Below are positions 55,083-64,000 of a DNA stretch of 64,000 nucleotides, one piece after another. This DNA comes from an uncultured Acidobacteriota bacterium. Lineage in GTDB: Bacteria > Acidobacteriota > Blastocatellia > RBC074. Numbering within the stretch: the first letter of the stretch is position 1; each line of letters opens with the position of its first letter. The stretch is taken from contig CAWCKY010000006.1 in assembly GCA_963796275.1 (NCBI GenBank), positions 1,088,001-1,152,000 of the forward strand, given 5' to 3'. The notes beneath the pieces were generated by a model. It did not search any database and was not told where the DNA came from. It saw only the letters and a list, made by a program, of their open reading frames with translations. A program made the position numbers and the translations under genes.

Positions 55083-55231
55083 GCTCCGGAGGAGCGTTAT
55101 GTTTATAGAACATGGCAAGTAAATATCTACAGCTCCGCAGGAGCGACATATGATGCCGTTTATATGCCCCTCCTTCGGAGCTGGGGCACTATTACAAAAA
55201 AAATCTATAAATATATCGCGCCTCGTGGTGC
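55083..55231. repeat. REP-like cluster of four GCTCC.NAGGAGC palindromic units in inverted arrangement
   Basis: gctccggaggagcgttatgtttatag ... agctccgcaggagcgacata ... tatgcccctccttcggagct ... ctataaatatatcgcgcctcgtggtgc. Confidence 0.6.
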
Positions 55232-55314
55232 TCCCGGATAAAGCGAACTCGCCAGCAGAATCTTATGAAGGGCATACCGATGGCTCAGCATGGAAAGGAG
55301 CAACGTTTCGCGGC

Positions 55315-56016
55315 ATGAAAACTTGCAAAATCGTACTTGTACATCCGCGCGACCCGAACAACATCGGCGCGGCCGCGCGGGCAATGAAGAACTTCGGATT
55401 CCACGAGCTGGTGGTCGTCGCTCCTTACCAGCCGGTTTGGGATGAAGCGGTATCGGCTGTGAACGCACAGGATGTGCTGTCTCGCGCGCGTGTCGTCGGG
55501 ACGCTTATCGAGGCCATCGCTGACTGCACGCTGGTTATCGGAACGGCAGACCGTTTGCGTGTCGAACAGAAACAGAATATATATGCGCCCGCAGATCTGA
55601 GCCGTGAGATACGCGATGCCGGCCATCGGCTGGCGATGGTATTTGGCCAGGAAAAGCATGGATTGACCAACGACGACCTCAGCCATTGCCATCGCGTGAT
55701 GAGTATACCCACACAAGCCGGCTGCCCTTCGATGAATTTGGCGCAGGCAGTTGCGGTCTGCTGTTATGAGCTGATCAGGGAAGAAGCCAATTGCACTTCT
55801 CAAGCGGTTGACCGTGCTTCCGCGGGAACCGCTGAAATTACACTGCGTCTATCGCTTGACGTTCTTCAGCGGATCGATTTCATCCTTCCCGGTAATGAAG
55901 AGACTTTGACGCGCCGTTTGCGAAGCAGTTTATTACGCTACAACCTGAGCGAATACGATATGGAAATGCTCTGCGGAATTTTGACTAAAATCAGGACCGG
56001 GTTGAATAAAAGCTGA
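55315..56016 (+). CDS. trmJ: TrmJ/LasT-family SPOUT RNA methyltransferase
   Basis: IVLVHP..PNNIGAAARAMKNFG, VFGQEKHGLTN and SMNLAQAV; start MKTCK at 55315. Confidence 0.85.
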   Translation: MKTCKIVLVHPRDPNNIGAAARAMKNFGFHELVVVAPYQPVWDEAVSAVNAQDVLSRARVVGTLIEAIADCTLVIGTADRLRVEQKQNIYAPADLSREIRDAGHRLAMVFGQEKHGLTNDDLSHCHRVMSIPTQAGCPSMNLAQAVAVCCYELIREEANCTSQAVDRASAGTAEITLRLSLDVLQRIDFILPGNEETLTRRLRSSLLRYNLSEYDMEMLCGILTKIRTGLNKS

Positions 56017-56017
56017 A

Positions 56018-59000
56018 TTAACGGCAACTTATTTTCACGACTCCGGCTAGCCGCACTTCGAACCGGCATCCCGGAGCAGCATTTTTCCACTTCACCTGCG
56101 CGCCGATCAGGTTTGCGCGTGAACGAATATTGGCGATCCCGTGCCCGGTGAGGTTCATCGACAGTCCATCAAAACCGATTCCATCATCTTCAATTACAAT
56201 CACCAGTTCCTTCGTCTCTTCAATTCGCACGAGCATCGTTACATTGCGGGCTCGCGCATGCCGGCTGATGTTGTTCAACGCTTCCTGCACGATCCGATAG
56301 AGCTGTATCCTCTCGATATGCGAGAGGCGAAGCCGGTCTTCCAGCTCGGGATCGCAGATGAACTCGTAGGCGAACTTCTGTTCAGACGGCAGATTCGTCA
56401 CGACATCGTTAAGCGCCCATTCGAGCGCGGGCAGAAAGCCGATATTTTCCAGCGCCGAGGGACTGAGGTCTTCGCAGATGTGCCGGATTTCACTCGATAT
56501 GGATTCGATTTTCCGACGGAGCAGGGAAGGCGAGATCTCGTCCTCCTTGGAAGCAGGCATCTGATCCGTCAAAACGAGCAGGTGGCGCAGATCCGAGAGC
56601 GTTTGATCGTGCAGATCGCGCGCGATGCGGCTGCGTTCGGCTTCCGTTTCGTTGGCCAGGCGCAATCGCGTCTCGTGCAACTCGGCATTGGTCTCCTCCA
56701 TCGCCCGGTTCACCCGCACGAGTCTCCTCTGCTGGCGAAATGCCAAGACGGCCGCGGTCACGGCGATTGTGAGCAATGAGGCGAGCAGGAACGTCCACCA
56801 TGGGAATGGCGCATCTCCTATGCGGACTCTCACCGTTAGCGGCGCGGAGTAGACGAGATCGCGGCTGATCGCGCGGACAACTATGGTATATGCGCCCGCT
56901 TTCAATTCACGGGCAGCGTACGAAGACTCACGCGTCGGTAACTTGTTCAATTGCTGCCCGCTGCCGTTTTGTAGAATGAATTCGTATTGGAACTGGCTGA
57001 GAAATGTCCGAGTGCCGATTCCTGTGACCTCGAGCAGAAAATGTTGCAGTGGATAGTTCAATAGTAGTTCCGTCGCCAAGTCGTCAGCCGGATAGATTCG
57101 ATCGGCGACGAGCCGGGTGACCTGTAGGCGAGGCTCTACCTGGCTCGGGCGGTGACGTACGATTCCGCGGTTGGTCCCGATCCACAACTCCTGGTTTTGC
57201 TGCGCAAGTGCAAAGACCTGTTCCGATGTCAGACCCTGCTCGGTGTCGAAGCGAGCCGTTATATCATCGCTGGGTATGAATTTGATGAGGCCCGAGTTCT
57301 GCGTTGCGCACCAGACGATTGCGCGCGCCGGATCTTCCGATTGGACCATCAGTGCGCGCACATCTATGTCGGGTTTGAGTTCGCGTATCGAATCCCCCTG
57401 CCGGAGATAGAGACCTTGCGACGTGCCGAGCCAGATTTTGTCGCCGGCGATCCGAATGGCTCGTATTGCGGGGTCTGAAAATTGTTTTTTGGGAAGTATG
57501 TAAGAGGTCGTTTGGGAACCGTCGAAGCGCACTAATTCGCCGTCTATTGTGCCGAACCATAACGCCTTGTCCGCTTCGACGGCAAAACAGATAGCGCCCT
57601 TTGCCGGTTTATTGTTCCAGACCGGAGTCTGTCTATTACCTTCCTGGGTCGCTTCAAGCTTCTCGATGCCGCGCCCGAAGATCGCCGCGTAAATCGCGCC
57701 CCGGAAGCCGGCGAGCGCACGCACGCTCTCCCTCGATTGAGATTTGGCCGGATCAGCGGTAGGTTCGGTCGATTGGAGGATATCCGTAATTTCATCTGTG
57801 ATGGCGGGTTCATCAGGCGCCGTCGAGAAATGTGAGAATCCGGGCGATTCTTTCGATTTGAGAAAAACTCCGCTGTCCGTGCCGACCCAAACCGCGCCCT
57901 CGGCGTCTTCCTGCAGCGCGTAGACAGCACGGCCCTGCAGTTCGATCACTTCAGACCAGACGCCGCGTTCATCACCGTTCACGCCGGGCACCAATCGGAA
58001 GAATCCCCGATTGGTGCCGCAATAGGTCTCTCCGGCAGATGTGTGAAGCAACGCTCGAATGAAATTGCTCTGCGGGTTATTGCTGACATTTTCTGCGCGA
58101 AAACTGTCTCGGTCGTAACGGCAAACGCCACGGTCGGTGCCGAACCAGACTATTCCCTCGCGATCCCGAAAGATTGTATTGATATGATCGGAACGTAAAC
58201 CTCCCGCCGTTCTCTCATAAGTCAGCTGCTCGATCTGCTTCGGATCGTCACCCTCCAGTTTGAGGAGGAAGGCGCCTTTTTTGTTGGTTCCCACCCACAA
58301 TTCACCATCGCCGCCGTGTAAGGCGTTGATTGCGCCTGTCTTGATCGAGGATTTCCTCAATGACCCATTTTTCAGTGCCCACAATCCGCCACTTTGCTGG
58401 TTCGACTTCTCTCCGATCCAAATCTGATCTCCGCCGGCGAACAACGAGGTGACGAAGAATTGCCGCGGCTGCCGAGCCGATGCCTCACGCAGTTCGGTAC
58501 CATTGTTTATCAGCACGCCGCGCGCCTTCGATCCGATTATCAGTTCGCCCGATTGAGTGAATGAGGCCGCATCGAGCGGCAGCGCCTCGTCCTCTTGATT
58601 GGCCGATCTGAGGAGAGGCTGAGCATTACGATCGATTCGGGTCGCGCTCCAATAGCTCGATGAGCTCCCCTCGCTGCGCAGATCTTTGCCGGCGCTCTTG
58701 CGATAGCGGAGGATTTCACCCTGAGATGTAATAATCGCGATCTCATTTTGCGCGGAGACCGCTATTCCCGTCGCCGCCCGCCCGCGAGTCTCCGCGAGCG
58801 CTTCTGAGAGGTTGTTATGCAGCCGCGCGGCGCCGGCGTCCGTTCCTACCCATAGATTCCCATCTGCATCGAGCTGCAAGGCGAGAATTCGGCGTGAAGG
58901 GAGGGATCCGGGAAATGGAGCGACATTTCTTCCATCATAACTGACCAGGCCGTTGTCCGTTCCAAACCAGAGCAGACCTTTGGCGTCCTGGGCGATCGCG

Positions 59001-59257
59001 TTGACCCGATCCGATGGCAGGCCGTGAAAAATCGTCACTGCCCCCCAGCGATGAAGATTGAGAGTGACTTCATCGGTGACCGGGACAGACGTGGGAGTAG
59101 CGATCGTGGCCTTCTGTTCGGGTGGTTGCCCAACTGCGGGTTGAACGGGCGGGGGTGATTGGGAGAAAACCGCAGTGACGGTTAGCAGGAATAATATACA
59201 TGAACTAATTTTAACAACGCTTGATCGAAGCACAATTTGTTCAATATTTATGGCCAC
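56018..59257 (-). CDS. Sensor histidine kinase with periplasmic beta-propeller and Y_Y_Y-like domain, NarX-type HisKA_3 core
   Basis: Repeated D..G.LW(F/V)GT blades, a TM segment, ERSRIARDLHD, VQEALNN, EDDGIGF and GHGIANI. Confidence 0.92.
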   Translation of the reverse strand: MAINIEQIVLRSSVVKISSCILFLLTVTAVFSQSPPPVQPAVGQPPEQKATIATPTSVPVTDEVTLNLHRWGAVTIFHGLPSDRVNAIAQDAKGLLWFGTDNGLVSYDGRNVAPFPGSLPSRRILALQLDADGNLWVGTDAGAARLHNNLSEALAETRGRAATGIAVSAQNEIAIITSQGEILRYRKSAGKDLRSEGSSSSYWSATRIDRNAQPLLRSANQEDEALPLDAASFTQSGELIIGSKARGVLINNGTELREASARQPRQFFVTSLFAGGDQIWIGEKSNQQSGGLWALKNGSLRKSSIKTGAINALHGGDGELWVGTNKKGAFLLKLEGDDPKQIEQLTYERTAGGLRSDHINTIFRDREGIVWFGTDRGVCRYDRDSFRAENVSNNPQSNFIRALLHTSAGETYCGTNRGFFRLVPGVNGDERGVWSEVIELQGRAVYALQEDAEGAVWVGTDSGVFLKSKESPGFSHFSTAPDEPAITDEITDILQSTEPTADPAKSQSRESVRALAGFRGAIYAAIFGRGIEKLEATQEGNRQTPVWNNKPAKGAICFAVEADKALWFGTIDGELVRFDGSQTTSYILPKKQFSDPAIRAIRIAGDKIWLGTSQGLYLRQGDSIRELKPDIDVRALMVQSEDPARAIVWCATQNSGLIKFIPSDDITARFDTEQGLTSEQVFALAQQNQELWIGTNRGIVRHRPSQVEPRLQVTRLVADRIYPADDLATELLLNYPLQHFLLEVTGIGTRTFLSQFQYEFILQNGSGQQLNKLPTRESSYAARELKAGAYTIVVRAISRDLVYSAPLTVRVRIGDAPFPWWTFLLASLLTIAVTAAVLAFRQQRRLVRVNRAMEETNAELHETRLRLANETEAERSRIARDLHDQTLSDLRHLLVLTDQMPASKEDEISPSLLRRKIESISSEIRHICEDLSPSALENIGFLPALEWALNDVVTNLPSEQKFAYEFICDPELEDRLRLSHIERIQLYRIVQEALNNISRHARARNVTMLVRIEETKELVIVIEDDGIGFDGLSMNLTGHGIANIRSRANLIGAQVKWKNAAPGCRFEVRLAGVVKISCR

Positions 59258-59316
59258 TTAAATGGGTAGACTGACCATTCTTCCTCAGGGTGGTCGAAGT
59301 TTTTCATTTTAAAAAA

Positions 59317-60093
59317 CTATTTAGCCGGCTGTTTTTTCTCACTGGCTTGCTCGGCCACAAATTTCTTGCGATCTTTTTCGAGCCATTTATCCAGCTCGGC
59401 ATTCGCTTTTGCCAATTCATCTTCATTGATCAAGCCGCGTTTCAAAGCTTCGAAGTAGGCGCGCGTGCGGATGTTGAATGCCATTTTGTCAAAAGCCTCG
59501 TCGGCCGTCCCCTCAGAACTGAAGGGGAGAAGTTTTTCATAGAGGGTGGTCAGCCGGCTCTCGACTCCCCGCAAACTTAGGTGGCATTTACGTGCGATCG
59601 CCCAATTGGATAACCCGAGTGCTAAGTAATAGAGAGCCTCCGCTTCGAAGTCTGTCAGGAGCGGTTGTGTGAATGCATCTTTAAAATTCGGATCGATCAT
59701 ATCCGCGCCGTCTTCCAATACCGCGGCGACGAACCGCAGAAAACGGGTTTCCGGATTATTTTTATCGATGAAGCCGTAAGCCGGCTGGGGTTGAACGCTG
59801 TGAACGATCTTGCGGATTTCGTTGATGTATATCTCGTGCGGGAATTGTGTCCAGAAGATTATCCGCGCTTGCGGAAAACCCTTCCAGATCGCGCGCGCCG
59901 CTTTGACACCTGATAGGCCGGGCATCTGAATGTCCAGTACGCAAAGCTGGGGTCGGTCCGAGAGAGTCATTCTGACTACGCTATCACCGTCGGGGGCTTC
60001 CAGGATGGGGCGGTAATCCGGGAACTCCCGATCGAGTAGCTCACGCAGGTACGCTCGTTGGGCGACATTATCTTCAGCAATTATAATCGACAT
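59317..60093 (-). CDS. NarL/LuxR-type response regulator
   Basis: IIIAED, LDIQMP and LTDFEAEALYYLALGLSN HTH. Confidence 0.9.
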   Translation of the reverse strand: MSIIIAEDNVAQRAYLRELLDREFPDYRPILEAPDGDSVVRMTLSDRPQLCVLDIQMPGLSGVKAARAIWKGFPQARIIFWTQFPHEIYINEIRKIVHSVQPQPAYGFIDKNNPETRFLRFVAAVLEDGADMIDPNFKDAFTQPLLTDFEAEALYYLALGLSNWAIARKCHLSLRGVESRLTTLYEKLLPFSSEGTADEAFDKMAFNIRTRAYFEALKRGLINEDELAKANAELDKWLEKDRKKFVAEQASEKKQPAK

Positions 60094-60214
60094 ATAATTC
60101 AGTACCTTACCTGTTAAACGTTGGGGAGATCATAATTCAGCGTCGGCCGATTGAACAGGAGTTGATCACTCTCAATAAGCTGTGGGTATCCACGAGTTTG
60201 CAACGAGATAGTGC

Positions 60215-60243
60215 TTGATTTCGGCACACCTTTCGGATACCAT
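60215..60243 (+). promoter_or_regulatory. Putative sigma70 promoter of rimP-nusA-infB
   Basis: TTGATT-17 nt-TACCAT. Confidence 0.55.
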
Positions 60244-60255
60244 CGAATTTACTGG

Positions 60256-60280
60256 AGGTGGGCTCGCGCCCACCTTTTTT
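60256..60280 (+). terminator. rimP-leader attenuator hairpin
   Basis: AGGTGGGC-TCGC-GCCCACCT followed by TTTTT, between the promoter and rimP. Confidence 0.8.
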
Positions 60281-60336
60281 ATCTGACCATTGTCTCCGGC
60301 GATTTTCAGCCTGAAATCACGGTCGAAGGAGGGTGG

Positions 60337-60798
60337 GTGAAGCTTGATTCGCGCGTCAGCGAGATCATCGAGCGAGTTACTGAGCGCGAGGGGCTTGAGC
60401 TGGTCCATGCCGAATTGAGCGGCGGGCGCGATTCAGTCCTGACCGTTTATATCGATAAACCGGGCGGCGTCACCATCGATGATTGTGCGGCTGTGAGCGA
60501 GCGCTTGAGTCTCATATTGGATGTGGAGGATGTGATTCCGCATCGGTACACGCTTGAGGTCGCCTCTCCGGGATTAGATCGGGGACTTTACAAGGAAGCG
60601 GACTACGAGCGCTTTGCGGGTCTCCCCTGCCACGTCAAGATTTCAGAGGCGGTAGCGGGACAGAGGAATTTTCACGGTAAGCTGATCGGTCTAGATCGCG
60701 AGGGAGAGGCCGCTGCGGTGGTTGAAGAGCCGAGCGGCACACGTCACCGGTTGCCGCTGTCGAAGATTGTGAAGGCGAATGTTGAGATTGAACCATAA
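60337..60798 (+). CDS. rimP: Ribosome maturation factor RimP
   Basis: VYIDKPGGVTIDDC and YTLEVASPGLDR; GTG start after GGAGG. Confidence 0.95.
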   Translation: MKLDSRVSEIIERVTEREGLELVHAELSGGRDSVLTVYIDKPGGVTIDDCAAVSERLSLILDVEDVIPHRYTLEVASPGLDRGLYKEADYERFAGLPCHVKISEAVAGQRNFHGKLIGLDREGEAAAVVEEPSGTRHRLPLSKIVKANVEIEP

Positions 60799-60800
60799 TA

Positions 60801-60895
60801 GTTTTCAGTTTTCAGTTTTCAGTTTTCACCTCGCTGGTGAATGCCAGCGGCTGAGAACTGAGAACTGAGAACTGAAAAACTAAAAACTGAAAACT
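60801..60895. repeat. Heptamer palindromic repeat (GTTTTCA)n ... (TGAGAAC/TGAAAAC)n between rimP and nusA
   Basis: gttttca x4 on the left; tgagaac x3 plus tgaaaaac/taaaaac/tgaaaac on the right. Confidence 0.85.
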
Positions 60896-60901
60896 GATTG
60901 T

Positions 60902-62503
60902 ATGAACACACTAACTTCAATTGCCCAGAACATCGAGGTTCTAAGCAAGGAAAAGAAGATCGATTCGCAGCTCATCATAAGCGCGATCGAGGATGCTGTC
61001 GTCACCGCATCACGCAAGCAATTCAAATCGGGAGAGGATCTTCATGCGCGGTACAACCCCGACAGCGGGGCGATTGAGCTGTATGCGGTCAAGGTTGTAG
61101 TTGAAGATGTGGCGGATCCGGCGCGCGAGATGAGCGTCAACGAGGCTAATGTGGAGGTCGGCGAGGGCGCAGAGGTCGGTGATATGCTTGAGCTGCCGCG
61201 CCCTATGGAAGACCTGGGAAGGATCGCCGCCCAAACGGCCAAGCAGATCATCCTGCAGAAAGTCCGTGAAGCCGAGCGGAATAATGTTTATGAGGAGTAC
61301 ATTGGCCGCGTAGGCGAACTGGTCAACGGATTCATCAAACGTTTCGAGGGTGGGAAGGTGATCGTCGACATCGGCAACGGCATCGAAGCCGTGATGCCGA
61401 AGTCGCAGCAATCGCGCGCCGAATCGTTTACGCAGGGTGAACGGGTTCGCGTCGTCATTCACGATGTGAACCGCGAATCGAAAGGGCCGCAGATCGAGGT
61501 ATCGCGTACGAGCCCGGAGCTGCTCAAGCGCCTGTTTGAGATGGAAGTGCCCGAGATATACGACGGCACGGTCGTCATCAAAGCGGCCGTCCGCGAGCCC
61601 GGCGAACGCGCGAAAATAGCAGTGGTCTCCAACGAGCGGGACGTCGATCCGGTCGGCGCCTGCGTCGGAATGAAAGGCTCGCGCGTGCAATCCATCATCC
61701 GCGAGCTGCGCGGCGAGAAGATAGATATCATCGAATGGTCGGAAGACCCGGCGATCTTCGCGGCCAACGCGCTTTCGCCCGCCAAGGTCAGTAAGGTAAC
61801 GGTCATCGATTTCGACGATAAGAATCTTCAGGTCACGGTCGAAAACGAACAACAGAGTCTGGCGATCGGCAAACGCGGTCAAAACGTCAGGCTGGCGGCG
61901 AGGCTCGTCGGCTGGGCGATCGACATCCGGAGCGAGGAGGAGATGAAGCGCGAGATCGCTTCTCAGATGGAGCAGATGATCACGGCTGCCATCGTCCCTC
62001 TCTCATCGATCGAGGGCATATCGACGACCGATTCGGCTACGCTGGCCGAGCACGGAATCGAGACGATCGAGCAACTCGCTGAGGCGACCGTCGACGATGT
62101 CTCCGACTGGCTCGACCTCAGTATCGACGATGCGCAGGACTTGCTCGATATGGCGGTCGCAATTACCGATGCCCGTCGCGCACGGCTGAGCGGGGAACCA
62201 GATGCAGAACCGGGAGCGGCAACCGTTGCCGAGGAGGGTGCGGGCGAAGAATCAGTTGCTGCCCTGACCGGCGAAGCTGGTGAAGTTGAGGCTGGCGAAG
62301 TTACCGAAGATATTGAAGATATTGAAGAAATTGAAGAAATTGAAGATATTGAAATCTCCGGAGCCGCTGAGGCATCTGGAGGAGTTGCGCTGGAATCAGA
62401 ATTGAATGAAACAGCTGGAATACATGAAACAGCAATAGACGAGCCAGATATACCAGAACTGGAACTGGACGAAGCTGATGAAAATAAGGTGGATAAACAA
62501 TGA
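60902..62503 (+). CDS. nusA: Transcription termination/antitermination factor NusA
   Basis: GRIAAQTAKQ, S1 and KH domains, DPVGACVGMKG, AIGKRGQNVRLA and an acidic C-terminal tail. Confidence 0.98.
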   Translation: MNTLTSIAQNIEVLSKEKKIDSQLIISAIEDAVVTASRKQFKSGEDLHARYNPDSGAIELYAVKVVVEDVADPAREMSVNEANVEVGEGAEVGDMLELPRPMEDLGRIAAQTAKQIILQKVREAERNNVYEEYIGRVGELVNGFIKRFEGGKVIVDIGNGIEAVMPKSQQSRAESFTQGERVRVVIHDVNRESKGPQIEVSRTSPELLKRLFEMEVPEIYDGTVVIKAAVREPGERAKIAVVSNERDVDPVGACVGMKGSRVQSIIRELRGEKIDIIEWSEDPAIFAANALSPAKVSKVTVIDFDDKNLQVTVENEQQSLAIGKRGQNVRLAARLVGWAIDIRSEEEMKREIASQMEQMITAAIVPLSSIEGISTTDSATLAEHGIETIEQLAEATVDDVSDWLDLSIDDAQDLLDMAVAITDARRARLSGEPDAEPGAATVAEEGAGEESVAALTGEAGEVEAGEVTEDIEDIEEIEEIEDIEISGAAEASGGVALESELNETAGIHETAIDEPDIPELELDEADENKVDKQ

Positions 62504-62709
62504 AGAGCCGAGCGGGCCGGACGAGTAAAGCTTAGGGTGAAAACGACTATGAAGCTCGGTTTTTATTGCAATTTGTTTGATGGGGGGCTGATGTGAATAC
62601 GCTTCTGCTTTGAGTCGCCTGATTGTAGGAGAGCAGCGCGGGGCAGGAGTTTCAAAGCGTCAGCTCGAAACTCGTGTAGACCGTACGCGCGCTTTTCTGA
62701 AAGGGTTCG

Positions 62710-64000
62710 ATGAGTAAGGTTAGAATTTACGATTTGGCGAAAGAATTAAAACTCGAGAGCAAGAAAGTGCTTGAAGATGCCCGGCGAATGGGTGTTGACG
62801 TAAGCGTCCCGTCAAATACGCTCGATGATAATATCGCGGCGAAAATCCGAGAAATGTACTATCCGAAGAAGGAGCAGACGGCCATCCCTCAAAAAGCACG
62901 TTTGATCAAGCATCATCCGGCGGCGCCCTCGGCGGACACATCGCTGGCATCCCAGACAACCGACAACGCGACAGGACAGACCCGGGTTGAAACTCAACAA
63001 TCTGCCGCTGCTCCACAGGCGGCGACGTCGCAGCCTGTTGTGCAGGCCAAAACCGCGGCTCAACCGGCTGTCAAATCAACATCGGTACAAGCTGAGGCGA
63101 GAAATCAACCTGTGATTAATGATTCGCCGAAGGCGCGGGTCGTTAAACTCGTTGCGCCGCAGCCCATTGTTCCAAAAGCCGAGCCGGCGCCCCAGCCGGA
63201 GCCGGAGCCGGAGCCGGCGATTGTTGAGGCCGAAATAGCCCCCGCACCGGAACCGGCGGCACCGGTGATCGCTCAACCGGAACTGGAAAAGAAGGAACCG
63301 GTCGTCGAGAAACCAGCTCCGGTCGTTCACGAGACGCCAAAACAGCACGCTAAGGTGGCGGCGCCTCCATCGCCGCCGGCTGTCTCCAGTCACGGACCGA
63401 AGTCGCCGACCGGGACGAAGGTTATCAAACTTGCGCCTCCCGCAGGTCCGTTGCCGAAACCGCAGCCGAGGCCGCAGCCACAGAAGCCGCCACAAAGGCC
63501 GCAGCAGAGGCCGCATCAGAAACCGATGCCGCCGGGTGCCCATCGAGAGAGAACGATCACCGCCAGATCGGGCGATCGCACTTCCGTCAACCCGCAGCTC
63601 AGAGAAGGCCAGCGCGAGGCGCGCGATAAGGAAGTCCACATACTGCCTTCCGGCGCGCAGCAGCGGACCGTCTACATCCCGCCGCAAAACCAGCGCCCTA
63701 AGGGCCGTCATCAGGTGCGGAAGGACAAAGAAGCGAAAGATAAGGAAGGGCAGCAGAAGATGGTACCCCGCCGCCAAGTTGCGGCAGGTCCCGCGGCGCG
63801 TCCGGTTCACACGGAATTTAAACCGGTCCGCATGGTCGAAGGCAGCACGGTGCGCGAGTTTGCCGAAAAGATCGATACCAAGCCTCGGGATATAGTGACG
63901 ATACTCATGCATCGCGGGGTGATGGCGACTATCAACCAGACGATCAACCCCGATGTTGCGCGGGAGATCGGTAGAGATTATGGTTTCGATATTTCGTTCG
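62710..64000 (+). CDS. infB: Translation initiation factor IF-2 (3'-partial; absent from the ORF track)
   Basis: MSKVRIYDLAKELKLESK N-terminal domain, a Pro/Ala-rich linker, and a second IF2_N-like repeat (EGSTVREFAEK...GVMATINQTI) at the window end. Confidence 0.95.
   Translation, partial: MSKVRIYDLAKELKLESKKVLEDARRMGVDVSVPSNTLDDNIAAKIREMYYPKKEQTAIPQKARLIKHHPAAPSADTSLASQTTDNATGQTRVETQQSAAAPQAATSQPVVQAKTAAQPAVKSTSVQAEARNQPVINDSPKARVVKLVAPQPIVPKAEPAPQPEPEPEPAIVEAEIAPAPEPAAPVIAQPELEKKEPVVEKPAPVVHETPKQHAKVAAPPSPPAVSSHGPKSPTGTKVIKLAPPAGPLPKPQPRPQPQKPPQRPQQRPHQKPMPPGAHRERTITARSGDRTSVNPQLREGQREARDKEVHILPSGAQQRTVYIPPQNQRPKGRHQVRKDKEAKDKEGQQKMVPRRQVAAGPAARPVHTEFKPVRMVEGSTVREFAEKIDTKPRDIVTILMHRGVMATINQTINPDVAREIGRDYGFDISF

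Noticed and set aside
62306-62355. 9-bp tandem repeats in the nusA 3' end and GAGCCG repeats in infB
   Set aside because: In-frame low-complexity linkers (EDI/EEI, PE) that are common in these proteins.
63076-63912. 278-aa minus-strand ORF
   Set aside because: It is antisense to the Pro-rich linker of infB.

Overview
Mostly core chromosome from a moderately GC-rich diderm bacterium. The gene content (Oar-like TonB receptor, DUF1549/DUF1553-DUF1501 pair, cohesin-bearing secretin, Tat-exported Gfo/Idh/MocA enzymes) suggests Acidobacteriota, possibly Blastocatellia; this is an inference. Left to right: a partial KaiC with an SS phosphosite pair; hisN-like phosphatase; DUF1287 and SET genes; a three-gene pspA / membrane-anchored coiled-coil / two-domain AAA+ ATPase operon; argA-argJ; a TolC with a +1 frameshift; a UPF0175-PIN toxin-antitoxin pair; an ABC exporter; a decayed ~4.7 kb integrative element in tRNA-His(GTG) with a 28-bp att repeat, arm-type repeats, a truncated integrase and secreted cargo; metX-metY; a JAB peptidase; a UreH-like permease; a Tat protein + DUF1517-like pair; a T2SS/type IV pilus-like cluster (PilB with a +1 frameshift); an orphan RskA anti-sigma factor; a methyltransferase; a TonB receptor; oxidoreductases; a sigma54-preceded 50-aa membrane microprotein missed by the ORF track; a TetR operon with twin operators; trmJ; a propeller sensor kinase and response regulator; and rimP-nusA-infB. 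The best candidate for a little-described system is the ESCRT-III/Vps4-like pspA-coiled-coil-AAA+ operon. Next are the Tat/DUF1517 module, the island's secreted pair and the sigma54 microprotein. No CRISPR array or rRNA was seen. All family calls come from motif recognition by eye, not database searches.
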